Shown here: positions 39,312 through 48,686 of the stretch, in pieces
How positions within the stretch are numbered: position 1 is the first letter of the stretch
Layout of the letters: each line of letters begins with the position of its first letter
DNA from: an uncultured Lachnospiraceae bacterium
GTDB lineage: Bacteria; Bacillota; Clostridia; Lachnospirales; Lachnospiraceae
Direction of reading: 5' to 3'
Length of the DNA: 64,000 nucleotides
Assembly (NCBI GenBank): GCA_900548905.1
Contig: URMK01000022.1
Location: forward strand, 34,692-98,691
Translations under genes and position numbers: made by a program
The notes under the pieces: model-generated
Database searches by the model: none
What the model saw: only the letters and a program-made list of their open reading frames with translations
Told to the model about the DNA's origin: nothing

Positions 39312-39450
39312 ATTTACTGCTCCTTCTCATGAATTTAGTATATACATTTCTTTTACATTATAAACTATTATACAGCCGGGCTCCAGACTGTTCTATGTAC
39401 AATCTGGTCTTTTTTTAACCATATTTGTCCGAAAAGCTTTATAACCAAAT

Positions 39451-39478
39451 TCGGAAGCTCCTGTAACGGAGCTTCCGA
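39451..39478. terminator. Hairpin after nagE
   Basis: TCGGAAGCTCC-TGTAAC-GGAGCTTCCGA perfect 11-bp stem; weak T-tail. Confidence 0.6.
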
Positions 39479-39518
39479 CTGTGCTAGGCAGGAAATTTTT
39501 GGTTCCGAATTGCTTTTT

Positions 39519-40976
39519 TTAAAGCATTTTCTTCATTTCATCCGCTACAAACTGAACCTTGGTCCCTACGATTACCTGAACGGATGTCTTGCTGGGTCTG
39601 ATAATACCTGCGACACCTGCTGATTTAATCTTCTTTTCATCAACCTTGGTGTAGTCTTTAATTTCGAAACGAAGTCTAGTAATACAGTTATCCAGCGATT
39701 TTACGTTATCTTTGCCTCCGATACCTTCCAGAACTACCTTGGCAACCGCTGTAAAGTCGTTATTGGATAGAACCACGCTCTTTTCGGCTTCCAGATCATC
39801 ATCTTCACGGCCAGGTGTCTTAAGGTTAAATTTGGTGATAACAAAACGGAAAACAATATAATAAATGATACCTACCACAATACCAATCGGTATTACCAGC
39901 CAGGGATTCTCAGCCAAAGGTGTAAAGGAGCTGAGTACAAGGTCGATAGCACCACCGGAGAAGGAGAAACCTGCTCTGATGGGGAGCGCCACGGTAATAC
40001 CAGCTGTAATACCTGCTAATAATGCATGAACAAGATACAGTCCGGGAGCCAGGAACATGAATGAGAACTCAATAGGCTCTGTTACACCAGTGAAGAAGGA
40101 ACAGAATGCCGCGGATGCAAGCAGACCGTAAACGATTTTCTTCTTATTGGATTTTGCTGTGTGGTACATTGCCAGACAGGCAGCGGGAAGACCGAACATC
40201 ATGAACGGGAAGAATCCTGTCATGTACATACCAGTCTGTCCGTAAACACCTGTATTCCCCCAGAAGTTTCCGAGGTCGTTAATTCCTGCAACGTCGAACC
40301 AGAATACGGAGTTCAGCGCATGATGCAGACCGAAAGGAATCAGCAGGCGGTTGAAGAATGCGTAAATACCGGCACCTACAGCGCCCATTCCCAGGAAGCT
40401 TTCTCCCAGTTTAACCAGTCCTGTGTAAAGCAGAGGCCATACAAAGAACAGGATTGCGGAAGCAATGATAGAAAACATTGCCGTTACGATTGCTACCGCA
40501 CGTTTGCCGCTGAAGAAAGAAAGCGCGTCGGGAAGCTTGGTTCCTTTAAATTTGTTGTAACAGGTTGCACCAATCAAACCGGCCAGGATACCGATAAACT
40601 GGTTATTGATTTTCCCGAATGCGGGATTAGCGTCCGCGCCGGTCAGACCAGCAACGGTTCCGGAGCTGAGCAGTGTGGTTATCATCAGGAAAGATACCAG
40701 ACCTGCCAGACCTGCCGTGCCGTCATTGTCATCAGACATACCGACACCAACTCCAATGGCAAAAAGCCATGCCATGTTATCAATCAGAGCACCACCGGCT
40801 TTAATCAGGAACAAACCGATAGTATAGGCAACACCGCCCGCAGTAAAGCCGGCAACCTCTCCTGCCATTGCGGCAGGTGCCAAAATGTATCCAATGCCCA
40901 TCAGGATACCGCAGACCGGCAGACAAGCAACCGGCAGCATTAAGGATTTACCTAATCTTTGCAAATACTTCATCAT
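39519..40976 (-). CDS. nagE: PTS N-acetylglucosamine-specific EIICB
   Basis: LQRLGKSLMLPVA, PFGLHH, GVTEPIEFSF, TPGRE, DNCITRLR; next to nagBA. Confidence 0.9.
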   Translation of the reverse strand: MMKYLQRLGKSLMLPVACLPVCGILMGIGYILAPAAMAGEVAGFTAGGVAYTIGLFLIKAGGALIDNMAWLFAIGVGVGMSDDNDGTAGLAGLVSFLMITTLLSSGTVAGLTGADANPAFGKINNQFIGILAGLIGATCYNKFKGTKLPDALSFFSGKRAVAIVTAMFSIIASAILFFVWPLLYTGLVKLGESFLGMGAVGAGIYAFFNRLLIPFGLHHALNSVFWFDVAGINDLGNFWGNTGVYGQTGMYMTGFFPFMMFGLPAACLAMYHTAKSNKKKIVYGLLASAAFCSFFTGVTEPIEFSFMFLAPGLYLVHALLAGITAGITVALPIRAGFSFSGGAIDLVLSSFTPLAENPWLVIPIGIVVGIIYYIVFRFVITKFNLKTPGREDDDLEAEKSVVLSNNDFTAVAKVVLEGIGGKDNVKSLDNCITRLRFEIKDYTKVDEKKIKSAGVAGIIRPSKTSVQVIVGTKVQFVADEMKKML

Positions 40977-41072
40977 AATTAAAAATGCCCCCTTCTTTTT
41001 CTGTTCCGCCCTAGCTACAGAACATTTTCTTTATTCAAAAGGAATTCTCCTTCCTTCAGAATACAACTTGGT

Positions 41073-41330
41073 TTACAGATTTTCCTTCATGAAGGCTTCC
41101 AGCGCTTCCGCCGCCGCATCTTCATCCGGTCCCTCAATAGTAAAGGTAACCGTCTGGCCCTGTTTTACAGCCATCATCATCAGGGACATAATCTTCTTTG
41201 CGTCCCCTTTCTTGGTTCCGTTATCCACAGTAACCGTGCTTGCAAATTCTGCCGCTTTCTTTACCAGAAGCCCTGCAGGTCTTGCATGGATCCCCAGTTC
41301 ATCCGTAATTGTATACTTGAATTCTTTCAT
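41073..41330 (-). CDS. HPr-family phosphocarrier
   Basis: GIHARPA (His15), EGPDE. Confidence 0.93.
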   Translation of the reverse strand: MKEFKYTITDELGIHARPAGLLVKKAAEFASTVTVDNGTKKGDAKKIMSLMMMAVKQGQTVTFTIEGPDEDAAAEALEAFMKENL

Positions 41331-41418
41331 GTAAATCTCTCCCTTCCTAATCATATCTATTCTAACCATGTCCGTTACGTACGAACCATGGCAGATACCT
41401 TACCATACAGACTTCGGC

Positions 41419-43035
41419 CTATAAATCTCTTACCGCTTTTCTCACACTCAGTACATAAGTGGGGGACACAGACAACTCATCCACGCCCATATCCACAAAC
41501 GTCTTTGTAAGTGTAGTGTCACTGCCCAGCTCACCGCAGATGCCAACCCAAATCCCTGCTTTATGGCCATTTTCCACAGTCATCCGAATCAGCCTGAGGA
41601 CCGCTTCATGATGGGAATCATAGAAATCATCCAGATTCTGGTTCTGCCTGTCAATAGCCAGCGTATACTGAGTCAGGTCATTCGTACCAATACTGAAGAA
41701 CTCCACTTCCTTTGCCAGTTCATCACTGATGACCGCAGCTGCCGGTGTCTCCACCATAATCCCCAGTTCCACACGGTTGAAGCTGATTCCTTCTTTGGTA
41801 AGTTCGTTTTTAACCTCTTCCACTATTTTCTTGATTTTCCTGATTTCTCCTACAGAAATAATCATAGGGAACATTATCGCCGCAGTACCGAAGGCAGAAG
41901 CCCTGTATATAGCCCGCAGCTGCGTTTTAAAAACTTCCGGTCTTTCCAGGCAGATACGTATCGCCCGAAATCCCATTGCAGGATTCTCTTCCCGGGGAAG
42001 TTTAAAATAATCCACCTGCTTATCGGCCCCTATGTCCAGGGTACGGATTATTACCTTTTTCCCTTCCATTCTGGAAAGTACTTCCTTATATATAAGAAAC
42101 TGTTCTTCCTCCGTCGGATAATCTTCCCTTCCCAGGTAGATGAACTCACTCCGGAAAAGACCGATTCCGCCAGCATCCGATTCCAGTACCTTATCCACAT
42201 CCGAAACATTTCCAATATTGGCATATAAATTAATTCTGCGGCCGTCAGAGGTTACGTTATCCTTGCCCTTAAGTTCCCGGAGGGCCGTACGCTCTTTTTC
42301 GTATTCCATCTTTTTCTGTACCATTCTTTCCAGAACATCCTCATCCGGATTGATGATAATGGTGCCGCCGAACCCATCCACAACAGCTTTTGCCCCGTTA
42401 TATTCTTCCAGGAGCGCCACATCCGTCTGTACCAGTGCGGGAATATTCATGGAACGGGCCAGTATTGCCGTATGGGAATTGGTGGATCCATGCTTGGTTA
42501 CAATAGCGAGTATTTTGCTTTTATCCATCTGCACCGTTTCACTTGGCGAAAGGTCATCCGCCAGCAGTATTACCGGTTCCTCAGATACAATCCCTTCTTC
42601 ACCGACACCCGCCAGTACCCGGATCAGACGTTTTGAGATATCCAGCACATCTGCCGAACGGGCTTTCATATAGTCATCGTCCATACCAGCAAAAACACCT
42701 GCAAAATTGTCACCCGTAAGGCTTACTGCATACTCTGCATTCATTTTTTCATCCCGGATCATGCCGCGTATGGAATCCAGATAATCCTCATCTTCCAGCA
42801 TCATCTTATGCACATCAAAGATCATGGCCTGCTCTTCTCCGGCTTCCGCAAGTGCTTTCTGATAAAGCTCTTCCAGCTGGCTACCGGCAGTTACCCTGGC
42901 CTTTTCCAGCCTCTCCGCTTCCGCTTCCGGATTTTCTACCGTTTCCTGCTTCAGGACATACTCCTGCTTTTTATACAGATATATTCTTCCTATGGCAATT
43001 CCTTTTAATACACTTTTGCCGGAACATTTAATCAT
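41419..43035 (-). CDS. ptsI: PTS enzyme I
   Basis: GSTNSHTAILAR, GLFRSEF, RTLDIGAD, SIGTNDLTQY, GICGE. Confidence 0.96.
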   Translation of the reverse strand: MIKCSGKSVLKGIAIGRIYLYKKQEYVLKQETVENPEAEAERLEKARVTAGSQLEELYQKALAEAGEEQAMIFDVHKMMLEDEDYLDSIRGMIRDEKMNAEYAVSLTGDNFAGVFAGMDDDYMKARSADVLDISKRLIRVLAGVGEEGIVSEEPVILLADDLSPSETVQMDKSKILAIVTKHGSTNSHTAILARSMNIPALVQTDVALLEEYNGAKAVVDGFGGTIIINPDEDVLERMVQKKMEYEKERTALRELKGKDNVTSDGRRINLYANIGNVSDVDKVLESDAGGIGLFRSEFIYLGREDYPTEEEQFLIYKEVLSRMEGKKVIIRTLDIGADKQVDYFKLPREENPAMGFRAIRICLERPEVFKTQLRAIYRASAFGTAAIMFPMIISVGEIRKIKKIVEEVKNELTKEGISFNRVELGIMVETPAAAVISDELAKEVEFFSIGTNDLTQYTLAIDRQNQNLDDFYDSHHEAVLRLIRMTVENGHKAGIWVGICGELGSDTTLTKTFVDMGVDELSVSPTYVLSVRKAVRDL

Positions 43036-43053
43036 GGTTATTCCTCCCAAATT

Positions 43054-43536
43054 TTATTTGGTTATTTCCAGACAATCATCGCCGGGTTTTACCGTTTTTC
43101 CGGTCTTACCCTCAACAGAAGCATAATCCGTTGTATTGCAGATAATCATGGGGGTAATAACATCGTAGCCGGCAGCCTTAATCTGTTCGATATCCGCTTC
43201 TATCAGCAAATCCCCTTTGCTTACTTTATCGCCGGCGTTTGCGCGGATGGTAAAATGCTGTCCGTTCAGCTTAACCGTATCCAGCCCGATATGAATCAGG
43301 ACCTCCACACCGTCCTCCGTGGTAAGGCCCAGCGCATGGCCCGTGGGGAATACCGTACTTATTTCTCCGTTGGCCGGTGCGTAAACCTTTCCGTCGGCAG
43401 GAACAATCGCTATCCCTTTCCCAAGTATCTCTTCGCTGAATGTAGGGTCATTCACCTGCTTGAGGGAAACGCATTCCCCTTCCAGCGGCGCTCCGAGAAC
43501 AATTCCTTTTTTCTTAAAAACATCGAATAATCCCAT
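43054..43536 (-). CDS. PTS glucose-family EIIA
   Basis: DPTFS, FPTGHA, LIHIGLDTV. Confidence 0.93.
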   Translation of the reverse strand: MGLFDVFKKKGIVLGAPLEGECVSLKQVNDPTFSEEILGKGIAIVPADGKVYAPANGEISTVFPTGHALGLTTEDGVEVLIHIGLDTVKLNGQHFTIRANAGDKVSKGDLLIEADIEQIKAAGYDVITPMIICNTTDYASVEGKTGKTVKPGDDCLEITK

Positions 43537-43564
43537 CTTCTTCCATCCCTTCTTTTTTGACTGA

Positions 43565-44422
43565 TTATTTTCTATTATTCTGCATGATATCTGTAAAACT
43601 ACCGGCCTGTTTCAGCTGAAGGGCCAGATAAATCTGTTCTTCCCCGGTCATTTCACAGCCGTACTGCTCTTTAACATGGTTTTTCACCTTCTCCGCCAGT
43701 TCATACTCCCTGCTGCAATGATTCCTTACAAATTCCCGGAACACTTCATCCTCCCTGCCTTCCACAGGAGGAAGGAGCAGCATGCGGTGAGCAAGGAATT
43801 TCAGATTGGACGCCAGTCTGTCCCTGTAAAGGGAATCCTCCGGCGGAAGGTACAGGCTCCCCTCAAGAATCTGCATCATATCCTGGATCATATTGGTCAT
43901 GGCCCATGTATCCCGGACCTTGATATCAAATTCAGCATCCACCAGATGAATGGCTATGGAAGCCGCTTCATCATCCGGCAGGCGGATCCCCGTCCGTTCT
44001 TCAATCAGACAGAGTGCATGCATTCCAATTCCGAACTCCTGGGGATAAAACCGTTTAATTTCACGGTAAAGGGCATTGGAAAAATCCATTCCGTCTTTAA
44101 AGCGTTCTATGGCAAATCCGATATGATCGGTTAGCGTTAAGTACACATTCTGGCTTAGCTTGGTATTGAGATTTTTTCTTGCATAGGAAATAATATCCGC
44201 AGATACCTGTATATATTCCAACGGCATGCTGGCAAGCAAGTCTTTGAAGCGTTCCCGCACATCCTTACTTTCCAGACGGAATATTTTTTCGATGCCATCC
44301 TCCGCCACTTCCTGCCCTGTTTTTTTCTGAAAGCCAAGGCCGCGGCCCATAATAATTATTTCCTTACCCTCCTCATCCCAGGAGGATACCACGTTATTAT
44401 TGATTATTTTTCCGATTATCAT
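43565..44422 (-). CDS. BglG/LicT-family antiterminator (CAT + PRD)
   Basis: KIINNNVV, MGRGLGF, LTDHI, DEAASIAIH. Confidence 0.93.
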   Translation of the reverse strand: MIIGKIINNNVVSSWDEEGKEIIIMGRGLGFQKKTGQEVAEDGIEKIFRLESKDVRERFKDLLASMPLEYIQVSADIISYARKNLNTKLSQNVYLTLTDHIGFAIERFKDGMDFSNALYREIKRFYPQEFGIGMHALCLIEERTGIRLPDDEAASIAIHLVDAEFDIKVRDTWAMTNMIQDMMQILEGSLYLPPEDSLYRDRLASNLKFLAHRMLLLPPVEGREDEVFREFVRNHCSREYELAEKVKNHVKEQYGCEMTGEEQIYLALQLKQAGSFTDIMQNNRK

Positions 44423-44524
44423 ACCTGTCCTCTGCTATGGAGATTTGAAGTATAATTCTGGGTTCAGGTTTCTCTTATGCTGTTAGCATTCCCAAAATGT
44501 CATCCGGAATGTAATTTGCTAATA

Positions 44525-44627
44525 AAAAAAACCAAATCTTATAAGTTAACCTCATCAACCTGTACACAACGTACCTGCTGCGACTAACTTATAAAATCTG
44601 GTTTTGCCTGCCTGACAGTAACAACCC
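44525..44627 (-). promoter_or_regulatory. RAT antiterminator overlapping an intrinsic terminator
   Basis: GGGTTGTTACTGTCAGGCAGGCAAAACC (44627-44600) matches the BglG/LicT RAT pattern; stem AACCAGATTTTATAAGTT..AACTTATAAGATTTGGTT plus T-run. Confidence 0.9.
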
Positions 44628-44661
44628 ACTCACTATTTATCTTGTTCCCTCAACTGAATTG

Positions 44662-44690
44662 AGCATATCAAACTTGACAATCAATGTCAA
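44662..44690 (-). promoter_or_regulatory. sigA promoter of the PTS operon
   Basis: TTGACA-N17-TATGCT. Confidence 0.7.
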
Positions 44691-44943
44691 GGGTATACAG
44701 GTAAATTCGTGTCATTTTCACAGATTTCAAGCCTTGTTTTTATGCATATCATCCAAATTGCGTTCTTTCCGGCAATCCTGTTTCTTCTGCTTATATATAA
44801 AATATCCAATCCTTCACTTTTGCATGCTATCACTTTCACGCAGCAGAGAAATATTCTTAAGAAAATTTTTCCGCTCATTCATTATGAATCATGTTATAAT
44901 AACAAGCATAGACTTATACTAAAATAATCAGGTAGGAGTTCTC

Positions 44944-45909
44944 ATGAAAAAAAGAAAATCATCCGGTCATCTATTCGGCATAGGTGTTTTATGTCTGCTG
45001 TTTTTATGCGTAGCCGTTTTCAGCATTTTCTTTGTCTGCTGTAGCCGGCCTCCTGTCAGTACATCCGATGAAGAGAATGCTGCAGAAACGTTTTCAGAGA
45101 TTAATAAAATGACAGAGAATACAACACTCCAAACGGAAAATCCAATTTCATCCATTCAGGAATCCTCTGAAGCAAAGGAAGCGCGGAACCTCTCTGGGCT
45201 TAAGCTTTCTATACTTGGGGACAGCATATCCACATTTGATGGCTATATACCGACCGATTATAATATTTTCTATCCTGGCAGCGGTGAGATTTCATCTGTG
45301 GAAAAAACATGGTGGTTCCAAGTCCTTTCCAATACCGGCATGGAATTGAATGCCAATGCTTCCTCTTCCAATACGGATGTATCCGGAGATTCCACCGATA
45401 CTACAGGAAGTGCTCCCGGCTGCAGTTTTAAGAGAATTAATGATTTGACACCAGGGGATGATGGGCCTGCACCTGATATCCTTATTATTTTTATGGGAAT
45501 AAACGATTTCCTGCGAAGTGTGGAATTAGGTGATTTTGTAACACCTGAGTTACAGCAAGAAGGTATCATTACAAATTTCTGCGATGCCTATGAATTAATG
45601 ATTCAAAAACTCGCAGCCACCTTCCCAAATACACAAATTTATTTCTGTACGCTTTTGGAAACCAACGCCGGCGATACAGATGAACACCCTGATGAATTTC
45701 CGTCTACAAATAAAAATGGAAATACTATCGCAGATTTTAATGCTGAAATAGCCACAATTGTTTCTTCTTATAATTATCCTGTAATTGATGTGCATAATTG
45801 CGGGATAACATATGATACATTAGGGGATTATACCAGTGATGGCACCCATCCTAATGCAGAGGGTGCCCGCCTTATAGGGGAATATATTACCAATGCCTTA
45901 CTATATTAA
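44944..45909 (+). CDS. Exported/anchored SGNH/GDSL hydrolase
   Basis: Hydrophobic N-terminus, LGDSIST, MGIND, DGTHPN. Confidence 0.85.
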   Translation: MKKRKSSGHLFGIGVLCLLFLCVAVFSIFFVCCSRPPVSTSDEENAAETFSEINKMTENTTLQTENPISSIQESSEAKEARNLSGLKLSILGDSISTFDGYIPTDYNIFYPGSGEISSVEKTWWFQVLSNTGMELNANASSSNTDVSGDSTDTTGSAPGCSFKRINDLTPGDDGPAPDILIIFMGINDFLRSVELGDFVTPELQQEGIITNFCDAYELMIQKLAATFPNTQIYFCTLLETNAGDTDEHPDEFPSTNKNGNTIADFNAEIATIVSSYNYPVIDVHNCGITYDTLGDYTSDGTHPNAEGARLIGEYITNALLY

Positions 45910-45966
45910 AAATAATTTAACTATTCTACGAACTCATATAAAAATAATTTAACTATTCTACGAACT
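45907..45966 (+). repeat. 28-bp direct repeat x2
   Basis: TAAAAATAATTTAACTATTCTACGAACT at 45907 and 45939. Confidence 0.92.
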
Positions 45967-46033
45967 TGACAAACTCCTATTCTTTATGCTACCTTTTTAC
46001 TGGAATGCAATTAAGAAAAGGAGTTTTTGTTTT

Positions 46034-46888
46034 ATGCATAAAAAAAATAACGTTCTTACCCTGGCCGTGTCTGTTTCCTTAATGTTTATCACGTTGCTGA
46101 ATAACAGCATTACTGTCCAGGCTTCTAATAATTCTCCTGTAAAAACAATCGGGTCATCAAATGTATCTACCCAATATACAGGCCTTAGCCTTTCGATATT
46201 AGGAGATAGTATTTCTACATTTAACGATTATATTTATAGTGATTATAATATATTTTATCCTAACAGCGGTGCTATCCCTATGGTTGAAGGGACATGGTGG
46301 CATCAGGTTTTAACATTTACCGGAATGGAACTTGGAAGTAATGCCTCTTCCTCAAATACTAATGTTACAGGGAATTCTCTTGCCGCAGACGGTTCTGCTC
46401 CCGGTTGTAGTTTCCGCCGTATCATGGATTTGAAAAAAGCAGACGGTTCTTCTCCTGATATTATTATTATTTACATGGGTGTCAATGATTTTGCCAGGGA
46501 TATCCCTGTTGGAAATTTCCAGACACCATCTGTTCAATCGGAAGGAGTACCTTCCACATTCAGTAATGCCTACGAATTGATGTTGCAAAAAATAAAAATA
46601 TTGTATCCGAATGCTTCTATATATTGCTGTACACTTTTTGCCAGAGATCCTGGACTGCGGGAGCCAAAAACGAATATTCCAGTAAATAGAAATGGGAATA
46701 CAATTACTGACTTTAATAAACAAATCCGTTCCATTGCCACTGCATATGGAGCTCATATAATTGATGTATATAACTGCGGTATTACTTATGATAATTTATC
46801 AGTTTTCACAAGCGACGGTGTTCATCCGAACCTTCCCGGCGCGCAGTTGTTAGCCAATTGTATTACCAGCGCATTACTTAATTCTTGA
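46034..46888 (+). CDS. Secreted SGNH/GDSL hydrolase, paralog of the upstream gene
   Basis: Signal peptide, LGDSIST, MGVND, DGVHPN; shares NASSSNT and SAPGCSF with the neighbour. Confidence 0.85.
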   Translation: MHKKNNVLTLAVSVSLMFITLLNNSITVQASNNSPVKTIGSSNVSTQYTGLSLSILGDSISTFNDYIYSDYNIFYPNSGAIPMVEGTWWHQVLTFTGMELGSNASSSNTNVTGNSLAADGSAPGCSFRRIMDLKKADGSSPDIIIIYMGVNDFARDIPVGNFQTPSVQSEGVPSTFSNAYELMLQKIKILYPNASIYCCTLFARDPGLREPKTNIPVNRNGNTITDFNKQIRSIATAYGAHIIDVYNCGITYDNLSVFTSDGVHPNLPGAQLLANCITSALLNS

Positions 46889-46965
46889 AAAACAATTTAA
46901 CTGATATGCTCCCTATATAGTAGACAGATGAAATATGAAAAATCTACTATATAAGGAGCATTTCT

Positions 46966-47652
46966 ATGTCCAGGAAAAGATATGATGAAGAATTTAAGAG
47001 AAAAGTCATTCAAGAGCACGAAGCAGCGGGAATCTCATGCTACCAGCTGGGGCAGACATATGGTGTAGATGCTAAATGTGTAAGAAGCTGGTGCAGATTG
47101 TATAAACAATTTAGCGATGCTTATCTGACTGCCAACCATTCAAATCTTAATTACTCGGCAGAGTTTAAGCTGCAGGTAGTTAACGCTTATCTTGCAGGAG
47201 GGAAGACATATCAATCGGTAGCAGCTGAAAACGAAATATTTGCACCAACTACTGTAAGACAATGGGTAATGATGTATAATAACCATGAAGAATTAATGGA
47301 TTCCAGGCCGGAGGGATTATTTAACATGGTTAAAGATACAACACGAAAAACAACATTAGAGGAACGTATACGGATTGTGGAGCATTGTGTTGCGAACGAT
47401 AATAATTATGCATTAAGCGCCAGAGAATTCCAGGTTTCCTATGGACAGGTTTATTCATGGGTAAAAAAATACAATTCCGGTGGAGCGGAAAAACTGGTTG
47501 ACCGACGTGGCAAGTCAAAAACTGAGGAGACTTTATCGGAACAGAAATGTCTTCAGATTGATAACCGAATGTTACGAGCTGAAAATAAAAAGCAGCAGAT
47601 GGAGATTGATTTCTTAAAAAAACTCGAAGAAATAGAGAGGAGGCGGTTTTAG
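46966..47652 (+). CDS. IS3-family OrfA (repeated HTH domains)
   Basis: YDEEFK, YSAEFK and TLEER HTH repeats; ends EIDFLKKL over a TTAAAAAAAC slippery run. Confidence 0.88.
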   Translation: MSRKRYDEEFKRKVIQEHEAAGISCYQLGQTYGVDAKCVRSWCRLYKQFSDAYLTANHSNLNYSAEFKLQVVNAYLAGGKTYQSVAAENEIFAPTTVRQWVMMYNNHEELMDSRPEGLFNMVKDTTRKTTLEERIRIVEHCVANDNNYALSAREFQVSYGQVYSWVKKYNSGGAEKLVDRRGKSKTEETLSEQKCLQIDNRMLRAENKKQQMEIDFLKKLEEIERRRF

Positions 47653-48556
47653 AAAGAACACGGCATTTAACTGCATATCTTGCAATCAAGGAATTAACAG
47701 GAGAACACAACGGTTATTCCGTAATAGAATTGTGCAGATTAGGGGGAGTAAGCCGTGCCGCTTATTATAAATGGCTGAATCACACGGACAGCCCAAATGA
47801 TGCGCTGAATAAAAGGATCGCTGAAAGAATCGAATCTATGCATACAGAACATCCAGATATGGGATACCGGCGTTTGCGGGATGCCCTCGAACATGATGAA
47901 GACATCTGTGTGAACGAGAAACGGGTATTACGCATCTGCCGTAAAAAGAAGATCCAATCCATCATGAAAGGCCGTCATAATTGCTGTACAAAACCGGCAT
48001 CAGACCCGGCTTATGTAGCAGAGAATATATTGAACCGTGAGTTTGGGGCAGAAAGACCGAATGAAAAATGGGTAACAGATGTCACAGAATTCAAATATGG
48101 GTTGGTACAGAGACAGCAGGTAAAATATATCTAAGTGCCATCATCGACCTTTGTGATAAGAGACCAGTTTCTTATATAATTAGCGATCATAATGACAATC
48201 CGCTGGTATTTGACACCTTCGATTATGCAATAAAGGAAAATCCGGATATACATCCGCTGTTCCATTCAGACAGAGGCTATCAATATACAAGCAACGATTT
48301 TCGCCAGAGAATAGTGAAGGCAGGTATGAGAAAAAGTATGTCACGAGTTGCAAGGTGTATTGACAATGGACCGATGGAAGGCTTCTGGGGCCTGATGAAA
48401 AGGGAGATGTATTATACGAAAAAGTATGCAGCGAAGGAAGAACTGATAGCGGCCATCCATCATTATATGAATTATTACACGAACAAACGTGTTCGAAGAA
48501 AGCTGGGAATACTAACACCGACAGAGTATCACCAAAAAATGATGTTAGCAGCGTAA
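47616..48556 (+). pseudogene. IS3-family OrfB DDE transposase, frameshifted near 48100
   Basis: Open -1 frame from the A7 run; WVTDVTEFKYG in one frame, IYLSAIID..HSDRGYQY..DNGPMEGF in another. Confidence 0.85.
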
Positions 48557-48635
48557 AAATGCCGCCCTGTTACGGGCGGCAAAAGGCAAAAACCTTTCGA
48601 TATTTAAAATGTCTACTTGACGGGTAGCACACCAA

Positions 48636-48683
48636 ACAAAGGGGCTACCGGCATTATTACAGTAATGCGGTAGCCTTTTTGTT
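48636..48683. terminator. Bidirectional terminator between convergent genes
   Basis: ACAAAGGGGCTACCG-GCATTA..TAATGC-GGTAGCCTTTTGT. Confidence 0.7.
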
Positions 48684-48686
48684 GTA

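Larger units (their letters stand above)
46902..48634 (+). mobile_element. IS3-family insertion sequence, 1733 bp
   Basis: TG..CA ends; imperfect TIRs TGATATGCTCCCTATATAGTAGACA / TGTCTACTTGACGGGTAGCACACCA; 3-bp AAC duplication (46899-46901, 48635-48637); orfA/orfB. Confidence 0.92.
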
